A DNA stretch of 64,000 bases. Source: Paragordius varius. Lineage: Eukaryota > Animalia > Nematomorpha. The position numbers and the translations under genes are program-made. Within the stretch, counting starts at the first letter, position 1; each line of letters opens with the position of its first letter. Positions 11,551-22,334 of this stretch are shown here, piece by piece. Below the pieces are notes generated by a model. The model was not told the origin of the DNA, did no database searches, and saw nothing but the letters and a program-made list of their open reading frames with translations. Location: positions 5,456,001 to 5,520,000 of the forward strand of contig OZ176057.1 in the NCBI GenBank assembly GCA_964247055.1, given 5' to 3'.

Positions 11551-11646
11551 ATGATCGCAACTTATGATAAAGTAAAGGGGTGCGATTTTTTGCAAGAATT
11601 TATCGTTAAAATGGATATGACAAACATTTTTTTAGATATCCCACCG
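11551..11646 (+). other. Possible exon remnant MIATYDKVKGCDFLQEFIVKMDMTNIFLDIPP (copy 43847-43942)
   Basis: 32 open codons in both copies, ending at a CCG|GTAAAT donor; product unknown. Confidence 0.3.
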
Positions 11647-11716
11647 GTAAATTTATAGATATATAATTGTTTTATTTAAAAATCGAATTGTATTATATTA
11701 TATATATATATATATA

Positions 11717-12107
11717 CCATTTACAGTTCAAATTCACCCTTGAACAATTCAAATTCACTCTCGAACAATTCAAATTCACCCTTAAACAATTCAAATTCAC
11801 CTTTGAACAATTCAAATTCACCCTAAAAATAAATTATGTATTTTCGAATTAATATAACTTATTATTAATATGAAATATATGTTTATGTTATAGTTTATTA
11901 TTTTTTCAGTATTATTTTAATTTAAAACAAAATTTTTATTTTTTAAAATATATAAAAATATTGGTAATTTTTAATCTTAAAAAACATATATTTTATTTGA
12001 GGGTGAATTTGAATTGTTCGAGGGTGAATTTGAATTGTTTAAGGGTGATTTTGAATTGTTCAAGGGTGAATTTGAAATGTTTAAGGGTGAAATTGAATTG
12101 TAAATGG
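11717..12107. mobile_element. MITE with TA target and 21-bp subterminal repeats (Tc1/mariner-like by TA TSD)
   Basis: TIR ccatttaca(g/a)ttcaa(a)ttcaccc; 4-5 copies of ttgaacaattcaaattcaccc on each arm; inserted in (TA)n; absent from the paralogous site at about 43995-44011. Confidence 0.9.
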
Positions 12108-13365
12108 TATATATAAAATATGATATCAGTTATTTAAATAATTGGCAAAAAACAACCATACATTTTAAACATTGCAAAGTAGGAAATATTCATGTAAATT
12201 GTTAGCTCATCATATAAGTACATTACAATTTTCATTTTTTTTCACTATATATATTTATTGCGTTAAATAAATTTCGTGAATTTGTTCGATAAGGGCAAGT
12301 TAATTAAACAACTTAAAAAACCAGGATTGTAATAACATAAATTAATAAGCTAAATAATATAAATTTATTTATTTTCTGTTAAATATTTCACAAATATTTA
12401 TATCATATCACATAAATAACTCAGTTTATTTTTATGTAAAAGACGTGTTTTAAACCAAGATTAGAAAATGCTACAAAATATCCATGCAAATTATAGCCTT
12501 TCGATGACCAGAATATTCTTTAACACCTATAGTTTTAAAGGCGTCTCCAGAATTCAGTAATTTCCAAAGCCTGGCTTTCCCGTCACTGCAAGCTAAAAAT
12601 AAGAGAAAAATCACGTAAAAATAGTTATAGAAGAAAAATTAATAAATACTAAGTCTTTAGAACCGTGGACCAAAAAAAAGATGGTTATAAAAGATTATAT
12701 TTTTAGTGTTTTTAATTTAATTACAAGGTTGGTAATAACCTTATTTTATTATATGTTTTCTATTTTATTTAGTAAAATATTTATATATTAAAACCATAAA
12801 AATAAAACCGTTTTGTCCGAAAGCTTTTCGATAAAAAATCGTAAAAAACAGAGTAAAAAGGACTTTAGAACAACAAAAACCTTTTGTTTGACTCTCAATA
12901 ATCTGTAAGCAAATTCTAAAAGGGAAAGAAAAATATAATTTAAAACCAACCAGTTAATAAATATCTGTAAGATGTAAGAATTTTTCCATGAGCGCTATTC
13001 ATATTATAATGTTTATTGATTTTGGCATCCAAATTTAAATCAGCAGGCATGGAAAATTCTGAACTTAGGAATCGCAAACACCAAACCCATTTATTAACAG
13101 CTGGGTGTTCTAATTTCCAACATGCTAGTAATATTATTATTATAATAATGTAAAAATAATTATTTTCCCTTTTTTTAGCAATGGTAAAAGATTTAGAAAC
13201 TAATTACCCATTCTTATGAAGAAAAAAAAATAAAATTGAAGTAAAATATAATTATTTTTTTAAAAATATACATAATAAATATCGTCAACTATAAAAAAAA
13301 ATTAAAACATATCCGTACGAATTATTCTACTACCCGCCTATATATAAATTTGCAATCTAAATATA

Positions 13366-13621
13366 CCATTTAGACATCAAATTTACCATGGAACAATTCA
13401 ATTTACCCTAAAATAAATTATGTGTTCTTTTAAGATTAAAAATTACCTATTATTTGTTTTAAATTTTGTTTGTAATTTAAATAATACTAAAAAAATAATA
13501 AACTATTCGCCATAAAGATATGTTTCATATAAATGATGAGTTATATTAGCTGACCGAAAACACATCATTTATTTTTAGGGTAAATTTGAATTGTTCAAGG
13601 GTAATTATAAATTTTAAATGG
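13366..13621. mobile_element. Older relative of the same MITE family (copy about 45261-45519), in LST8 intron 6
   Basis: ta-ccattt...gaacaattcaatttaccctaaaataaattatg at the left end; tagggtaaatttgaattgttcaaggg...aaatgg-ta at the right end. Confidence 0.75.
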
Positions 13622-15480
13622 TATATTAAACGATTAATTAACTAAATTATATGTTCTATATCAAAAGAACAAGGTTAGAAATTACTTCCATTGGCTTATT
13701 ATCAAAGCCCAAAAATTAGCTCGTGTAATATTTAAAAAAATATAAATACAAATTATATATACATAATCTTAGTGGTAATTTATTATTTCAGGTTGTTTCA
13801 TGGTTACGTCTTTTCAATTTTGGCAATCAAGTAGTAAAAATTGATAATAAATGGATGGTATATCGTAAATTCATTACAGTATAGCCCATTTATTTTGGCA
13901 ATTTTATGAATATATTTCAATTCCAAATATCGTAAAATATATACATCAAAACTTATATATATATATAAATTTACGGAGAAAATGTAAAAATATAACAAAT
14001 TTTTTTCTTCAAAAGACAACCCCAACTTTTTTAAAGCCTAATTTATCTTATTAAAACCATTTAATAGCAATCGTAAAATATGTCATTGATTGTGTTACCA
14101 CAATATACGTCTCTATTTTATAATTTAAATTTTAAAACAATCAGTTATATTTAAAAAAATAAAGGTTTAAAAAGTATGGGGTTGTCTTTTAGAAAAGAAT
14201 ATTTGTCTTTATATATATATATATATATATATATAAATGTTTGTGTATATAATGATTTAAAAAAGAGCATACAAAGAATTCGACGTAAAAATAAATCAAC
14301 ATATCAAGGCTAATTTTAACAAAAATTAAAAAAATAATTTTTTAAAAAAACGGTTAATCTAAAGTTTAGAATCAAGTTAAAATTATGTATTTATTCAAGA
14401 ACCATTTTATAATTTCAAATCAAAATATTCTTAAACCTTATATTTCCAAAATTTAATTTATGGTTAAATTAAACAAAATGTTTGCTGGCTACATATTTTA
14501 CCTTGATTTTGAGATAACCTTTCTTTGAAACTTTCATCGTGAATGTTTGAATTCTCAAAAGTATTTCTCCATACTAAAGTTTGGCCTTTATCCGTACAAG
14601 TTGCTACATATCTAAAATAATAATACAGTAAAAATAAAGACAAAAACGTACGAAAAACCCTTCATTATAAGCTCTCTATCGCTTTGAGTTACAAATTAAT
14701 AAGAGAGATGTAAATTGTTAATAATATATTATTTCTATTTCACAATCTTAATCGTAGACCAACAAAGTCCTATTGCTATAACGTATTCGCAATCTTGGCT
14801 GGGCCATAAAAGTGCGTCGACGACAAAAGACAGTTTTCTAATGATTTTGGACATGTGTGTTACGTTAAAAATTGCCTCAAATAACCATAAAATATAAATA
14901 TTATGAATATAAACTTTGTAATATGAAAACTCAGAACAAAAGCCTTACCCTTGATAACAATCTTAATCATGATGGTTATATGAAATTAATCAAATGATCA
15001 AAATATAGCTCTCTAAATAAATAAATATGTCTTTTAGTAATATTGCTTTATAATTTAATGGTTACTTAAATGATAAAAATATCAGAAATTTGTAAAAATA
15101 AACAAGCTTAAAAGTGTTTTTTCTAGAATTTTGGACTTTTACAAAAACCAAAAAAAGTAATTTCCAAAATTAAACAAAATAACTTTGCATCAGGTGAAAA
15201 TGTACAATTCAATACGTATTGGTTCATTTGTTCCGTCTTGCTTTGGAAACAATGTTGATTCGTATTAAAATTATCAAAGCTTTGTAGTAATAAATTACCA
15301 TTATCATCATTACAATGTAAAACTTCGTCGTCCGAAGTTGGCCCATCACTGTTTACAATATCCTTCTTATTTTGACTTATTTGGGCAAAATTTTCACCGC
15401 TCTTTTTATCTAATAAAGCGATTAAACTTTTTGTTAATATTGTCAACGAGAACAAATATTTTATGTTAAAATAATAGAGT

Positions 15481-15642
15481 GAATTCTTGTAAAAGATATT
15501 ATTAAATTAAACTATATCCAAAATATTCGAATGGATTAAGTAAAACAAAAAGAAAATAATTATAATAAGATACACATTGAAAAAGATACCATGTATCAAA
15601 AATTTTGGATATAGCTTAATTTAATATCTTTTACGAGAATTC
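15481..15642. repeat. Inverted repeat (foldback) in LST8 intron 4 (copies 23550-23711, 47406-47556)
   Basis: gaattcttgtaaaagatattattaaattaaactatatccaaaat versus attttggatatagcttaatttaatatcttttacgagaattc. Confidence 0.85.
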
Positions 15643-18046
15643 TCAAATTATTATTTTATTAAACTTTTTGAGTTTGAGTTTGATTCAGATTCGGAGAAAC
15701 CAACAGTTATTTGATGTTGGGGCGAGCCAATACATTTTAGCGGAGTGCAAAATTCATACATACGGAGTTGAAGTGATTTATGAAGTGCCATATATAACAC
15801 ATTGGGAAGACACGTCCTAAGTCCACCATTGTAGGACAAGGTTGAGGAATGTGGTGATTTTTTCAACGATCTTATATGATGGCGATTAGTATCTTGGCTA
15901 ACATTCAAATTTAGGTTAAATAAGTTGTTTGCCATGATATTATTAGTGTTGTTGTAATTTAGGGTGTTTGGATGACCAGTTTGATTTTCATTTTCTAAGG
16001 GTATTTTTAGTAAATTAAAATTATTTATATATACACCTCTCTATCTGACAAAACAAATAAAAAGTAACATATTAATATATTTTGTTGTAAAGAAAACCAT
16101 AAATTCAAGGATTTTTTTTCTATAACATATAATTACAAAATAAAACTATGTTTTCCCAATTTACAAGTCTATTTTAATTTCAAAACCTAATACAAAATTT
16201 TAGATTTTTAAGGGAATCAACGTTACAAAAATATTTGTATTATAAATAATAATGGTTTTATGTGCTTTGCCTTTATTGAATATTTCAATTTTTATACTTC
16301 TGATGGTAACAAATAGATAAAATTTAATATTAAATTTAACATAAAATTTTATAATCTTTATCCATTATATTTTAGTAAAAATCAATGCAACTTTAAAAAA
16401 AATTAAAAGATGGTCAAAAATAAATTTAACATACAGAAAAAATATACGAATTAAACGTAAAAATATAAAAATTATTTTTTTAAAGACAGCCATTTTAAAA
16501 CCTTAATTTTTCTCACATATAAGTTAGGGTTGGAATTATTTAGGCTTATGATGGGATTTACATTGTTTTTGATGTTTGTTATATCATAGATTCGTATATA
16601 TTTGTAACCTATATAGAAATTATTTGAAATGTGGAAAATATCATTTAAATTTTATTATAATCAAACAAATAAAATATAATTGTAAATTTAATTTAAAAAA
16701 AGCCACTTTGAATATATGTTTTAACAAAATTAAAGCAATTACCTAAAGCAGCCAGATATTTTTCGTCTGCCGAAAAAGAAATATCGTTAACTTGCTAAAT
16801 AATTTAGATTAATTATAAATATATATTTAAAGAAAAATATAAATTTTATGATATTACTGATTCCGTGCTGTAAGGTGGATTGGAATCCCCGATTTTTAAT
16901 AATCTCATTGGATGATCATAGCCAGCCTTAGCAAAAGGTTTTACCATTTCAGTATGAGTATAAATATTGCGAATTTTTTCCACTTATGTCATATGAGATA
17001 CGATAACCGCTGAGAATACTGGTGAGCAAGACAAAACAAAAGCTTAACTTCCAAATTTAATACGGAATCAGGATGACATTTGTTTCCGCATCAAATTGAA
17101 ATTTTTAGTTTGTCACAATTCCTGATATGCATTAAAAATCTAAAATATTTTCTATTAAACGCATTCTAAAAACCATAATTTCCCTAAACAAAATAAACAT
17201 TTAATGAACCATTCTGCCCGAAAGAGTAATTTTCTACCTTGAGTGAATTTATGTATGTATGAATACCACCTAGCATTAGAGAAATTCGAATGAAAATTTG
17301 GGACTACTTAAATAAAATGAGCTTATATCGTTAAAGTTAACGTTTATCTATAAATAATAATGTTGTATGCTAAATATTTTTTGTCTCCATTAAAATTAGG
17401 CTATTATATTTTTATAATATGGATATTTAAAGTTTTAAAATTTATTAAGGCTCAATATATCCTTGTATATTATACCAGTGAGTATAAAATTAAAGGTTTA
17501 ATAAATTTAACTTTTAGTTCTAATTTTATAAAATATATTTTTCTCATTTAAGGTTTTGAATATATTATCCAGTTTTAAAATAACTCTTATACATATATAT
17601 ATATATATATATAAAGATCACTTGACAAACCAAATCCTTTCATTTTATTTAAAATATTTTATATATATTAAGAGTATTCTTTCCGATATTTACAATCATT
17701 TAAATATAATCTATTATAAATATTTGGAATTAAATTTTATAATGATCACTTTATTGCTTACATGTCATCTTTTTAGTCTTAAACAAACAATCGCTCACCA
17801 CTCGGCAGATTGATTGCCCTCTACTACTAATTTTTAGTATTCCAAAAATAGACCACTTATTATAATTTTGTGAAAATATAGTATGTTTTTAATATAAAAT
17901 CCTAAATGGTTTTGTTGGGAATCATATCCTGGTTTGATAAAAATATTTTTTGGATATATGCGATGTCTTAAATTAAATTTAAAATATTAAAGACAACAGG
18001 TTTCGCAACTATCGAATGTTCATTATCCTCTTTAAATTAGGTAAAG

Positions 18047-18137
18047 GGCGAAATCGGCCTGCTTCGCAGCCGACTTCTTTAAAAAAAGAATCAACTCTTA
18101 TCCCTAACCTAACCCTAGCCCAAAGTCGAGAGCCCTA
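18047..18137 (+). mobile_element. 115-bp element, internally deleted (copy about 50017-50112)
   Basis: cggcctgcttcgcagccgacttcttt...ccctaacctaaccctagccc. Confidence 0.7.
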
Positions 18138-18859
18138 AAGTTTTTCCGTATAAAATTAAGTTTGTATGAAACATGTTTGACGGCAAAAACATATAAAATA
18201 ATCCTACACATACATAAATGATAATATTAATTTATTATATTTTTTTCTTGACACCAGATGTAACTTAGAATAATGGACAATTGTCAGGCAAATATTTAAT
18301 ATTAGTTCCTCAAAAAAAATATTTCGAATGATTTTAACTTAAACTGCCATTAATAAAAAATTAATAAAGAAATAATTTTACTTCATTTATTTTTATAAAT
18401 AAATACTTATTTTCAAATATAGGCGGTCTAGTTTGGACAAAACATCCTATTTTTTAGGAATAATTAATTTTTAAATTAAAAAAATAAAGGTTGAATAAGT
18501 TTTTTTAATTTAATGATAAAATCAATATGGAAAATTAGCAGATTACTTGCCAATAATTTTTAGGCTACCACAAAATTTTCATTAAAGTATTTAAAAATTA
18601 TATATCTATGCCTAAACAATATGATTTATATTAAGGATTTGGATGAAAATTATATGTAAACATGGTATATAATGTTTATAAGTCCTAATAGCTAACAAAT
18701 GTTTTGTCTTATGTTTTTTACTAATACTAGCGCTGATCAATAATTATTTTCTAAAAAAATTCAACTTTTGTTACCTATCTCTGTATTATTAATAAATTAT
18801 AATTGGAATCTTATATTTAAGTACAAAATTATTCATAAATATAAGGTATAAGTAGTAAG

Positions 18860-18972
18860 AAAATGCGTGGGTCTCGGCCTGCTTCGCAGCCCGAGGAAGT
18901 CCTGCGGACTTCTTTAAGAAAATGAACCAACTCCAATCCCTCACCCTAACCCTAGCCCACAAAGCGAAACCT
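18860..18972 (+). mobile_element. 115-bp element, canonical (copy about 50832-50947)
   Basis: Matches the 27581 copy almost base for base. Confidence 0.8.
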
Positions 18973-20339
18973 TACAGTATCATACTATAAACTAGAGATT
19001 GAAATAATTTACATTTTTTACCATATAACCAAATATTTTTTTCCAAACTATAGTAAAAAATATAAATGCCAACTGTTTTTAAAAGATTTCAATTCAGCTT
19101 ATGAATAAGAGGAACTAATTATAAAAAAATTGAGGGATTTTATTATATTTTTATTCAAGGTTAATATCATGTTTTAATTTGTTCAAGTTATTGTCGTGTG
19201 GTTATATATAATTATTACATGAAGAAACTCTTTTGATTTATTTTTTAAAAGATTTGTTAATTTTAAAATTAAACTGTTTATTAATGCCTAATCATGAAGA
19301 CATTATGAATGATGGAGAATTATATTACAGGCTTAGAAGGTTTCGCGAAAATTTTAATAATCCATTAAATTTTAAATAAAAATTAAGATCCATTCCACGA
19401 TTGAGAATGTTACATTTCTAAAGTGAATAAATGTTAATATAGCAACTTGATATTATTTAATGGTATTAAATGTAGTTTTAATAAAGGTGACTCTTAAATG
19501 ACAAAGTTTCGGCCTTCAATTCAACTGAATCCAAACTTCTTACTTTAACCCTTATCCCCACAGTACACAACTTGTTCTCAATCTTATTTACCATTTTATT
19601 AGTTGAGTTAAAACAGAATAATACCTTATATGATTGATTGATTCCCATTTTATAATCAATATATAGTAGAATTAATTAAGAGAGAATTATTATATCTAGG
19701 TAATTATCGTAAGCACACTTTGAATATTGTTTACCCAAATATAATTATCTGAGATGATTGATCTACTTATTTTGGATGGAAACTCAAAAAACGCAATTCA
19801 GAGCTCTTTGTTGTTGAAAGCTTATTATTATATGATTTCAAGATTATTTGATTTTTATACTAATTCTAAAAGGTTGCAAAAAGCATTTGAAAAAAAATCA
19901 AAATAAATAATTATAAATCTTTTAGATAATAATCTATAATTTCCTGAAAACATTCTTTTTTTTTAAAAAAAGCCTTTACAATCACTAAATTATATACCAA
20001 TCTTTAATCCTATTACACAGGTTAAAACTTAAATACCTCTATAAAAAATTATTTTTTTTAATATTGAAACATATTAGATTAATTAATTAATTAATAAATT
20101 TTGATATTAGCAATTTGTTTAATCAAACATTTAAGTAAGAAAATAAATTCAAATTTCTCATTTATTATTACTAATAAAGATTGTTAAAATATTATTGCCA
20201 TATTTTTATTGCCATATTTTACTCCGAATTTGATTTACATTTCTTATAGGCGCCAGCCAATTATAACATTAATGTAATAATAAAGAATTTATTTTTAGAT
20301 ATGATTGATGAATCATATATAATAATATGTTTTATTTGA

Positions 20340-20560
20340 ATGTGCAGATGGGGGGGGGGAATAATAATAATAGGCGCCCAAACAATGTTGCGTAACGAAA
20401 GAAAGGGAGGGAATAAATAATAATAATAATAATAATAAGAGAGGGAAACGAAAGATATGTGAAACATTTTTCCAGAAGGGGGGAGAAAAAGGCGCAAATG
20501 CGCACATTAATTTGATTGGCTAAAAAGATAACATACACATTTGGCCCTATATAAAGGGCG
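20340..20560 (+). promoter_or_regulatory. Pol II promoter-like region of unit B (copy about 52310-52540)
   Basis: G-runs, AGAAGGGGGGAGAAAAAGGCGCAAATGCG, reverse CCAAT (20515-20519) and TATATAAA (20548-20555). Confidence 0.6.
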
Positions 20561-21050
20561 AAAAATTTACTTTTTTCATTTATTTAATTTTTTTTTTGCC
20601 TTGCACATTTTTTGAGATGGATGGATAGATTGGGTCCATATGCAATTTCCCTTTCCATGTCTTGATCTGTCCGGTTATACAATGTATGTGCCATTACTAT
20701 ATAAAAGGTAAATTGTTTTTATTTCATCATTAGAATACCATTGTTAATTGAAAAAAAAGGAAACTGCCCAACAAATCCTAGAAACAATCGAACACAATAT
20801 AACGACAAAGTATTAACAAGGCTGATATTATACGACTGAAATTGGAAAATACGTTCGTTCTTATACAATTCTGATCAAACAATATATGTAAGTTTTGCAT
20901 GTTTTATATATATACAGTATAATTACAAATGTTTTGCTGGGTTTGCATTAAAATATTGTGAGTTACATTTTATAGTAAAGAACATTTAATGACTGTAACA
21001 AGAATCTTTTCTTGCTTCTTTCTGGCAAATTTTAACACAAACCTAATAAT
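20560..21050 (+). pseudogene. Spliced unit B, 5' exons (copy about 52540-53030); decayed coding gene or lncRNA
   Basis: Introns 20708-20733 (26 nt) and 20888-20917 (30 nt); copy introns 52679-52704 and 52858-52886. Copy 1 reads MQFPFPC...LILYD-TGA where the other copy has TGG but two 2-nt frameshifts. Confidence 0.5.
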
Positions 21051-21569
21051 ATTTTATTAATTATACTGTAATTTTCCATTTTTTTAAAAAACTAAATAAA
21101 TGTCTAATTATGGTACTATATTGCTAACAAGTCGTTTTCTTGATCTTTTAAATATTTATCACTTGATTAAGGAAGATATAGAAAGTGAAATGTTATAATT
21201 TTTTAGATGCTTGCTTGTTTTGAATTCTAAAATATCCTTGCAATGTAAAATAATTTTCCATAAATTATAGCACTTGGTAACATATTTTTGTATTAATTTC
21301 TTTCTCTAAAATCTTGTAAAAAAATTTTGATAAGGGAGAGGAAGTGTTAACATATAAAGGTTACCTTATGTTATTATTTTTTAGTTGCATGCTTGTCCTA
21401 TAACATTTAATTTTTTAACAAATAAATTCATATTCGATGGCTTAATATATGGGCATTAACTAAATTTTATTAGATTTCAAAAATGATGCTGTAAAAACCA
21501 CTATTTTGTTATCATTTTTTTAGGAAATTGTTTGTTTAAGATAATCAATTTTCCTTAAAATTTATAAAA

Positions 21570-21645
21570 CTTGTCTATAAATTTCTCGCGGCAGCCTCAA
21601 TATTTTGGAGAACCGCGTGTTAGCCACTCCTCCTCTAAAAAATTC
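21570..21645 (-). pseudogene. Possible F-box-like exon, frameshifted copy
   Basis: TAG|EFFRGGVANTRFSKILRLPREIYRQVL*. Confidence 0.3.
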
Positions 21646-21885
21646 CTAGTATTTAATTATGCACAACAAAATGGTTTCTTTGGGTTTTCTGGCCTTTATT
21701 CATTGATATAACGCCTTCTTTTCGTGTCTTTTATTTTTTTCATACATAAAATAATGTCTTAAGCTGGTTCAAAAAGTAATACAAATGGTTTAAAATACAG
21801 TAAATTATTTGAAATCGCTTTTAAAAGTGAGAAATTATTTAAAAATTAATTGGAAGTTATAAAATTTGCTTAAAGGTTGGTTAAA

Positions 21886-22292
21886 GGTTACGTCTTTTCA
21901 ATTTTGGCAATCAAGTAGTGTAAATTGATAATAAATGAATGGTATATCGTAAATTCATTACAGTATAGCCCATTTATTTTGGCAATTTTATGAATTATAT
22001 TTCAATTCCAAATATCGTAAAATATATACCATCAAAAATTATATATATATATATATATAAATTTACGGAAAAAATGTAAAAATAAATTTTTTTCTTCAAA
22101 AGATAACCCCAACTTTTTTAAAGCCTAATTTATCTTATTAAAACCATTTATGTCATTGTTTGTGTTACCACAATATACGTCTCTATTTTATAATTTAAAT
22201 TTTTAACAATGAGTTATATTTAAAAAATAGAGGTTTAAAAAGTATGGGGTTGTCTTTTAGAAAAGAATATTTGTCTTTATATATTTAATTAT

Positions 22293-22334
<42 letters not shown>

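Larger units (their letters stand above)
12471..16947 (-). pseudogene. LST8: LST8/mLST8 (GbetaL) WD40 TOR-complex subunit homolog, copy 1; 2-nt deletion in exon 4
   Basis: Exons 16947-16858, 16794-16743, 16608-16517, 16044-15705, 15485-15184, 14611-14502, 13124-12951, 12592-12471, all GT-AG with matching phases. Motifs AGYDH, SQVNDISFSADEKYLAALG-YKYIRIYD, NPIIS, YVLNCTFSPDAK-YVATC, KWVWCLRF, YLLTA-CSDGKARLW and EYSGHRKAIICM match human mLST8 as recalled (AGYDH, SQVNALE, YQHIRMYD, NPIIS, YALQCRFSPDSTLLATC, WMWGCAF, ASSDNLARLW, EYGGHQKAVVCL). The exon 4/5 boundaries are the least certain. Confidence 0.85.
11398..21885. repeat. Older duplicated segment, paralogous to about 43693-53940
   Basis: Collinear (LST8, element pair, promoter, spliced unit B) but with frequent substitutions and indels, unlike the adjacent near-identical block. 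Confidence 0.9.

Noticed and set aside
11667-11852. Heptad-repeat protein (EQFKFTL)n
   Set aside because: It is the translation of the MITE's 21-bp subterminal repeats.
13804-14025. 73-aa ORF as the last LST8 exon, with the 21886 breakpoint at its stop codon
   Set aside because: Exon 6 splices in phase directly to 13124, and the real C-terminus is at 12592-12471, so this ORF is intronic.
20261-20538. Overlapping minus-strand ORFs (also 52232-52511 and 31013-31297)
   Set aside because: Products of the (AAT)n microsatellite and G-runs in the promoter-like region.
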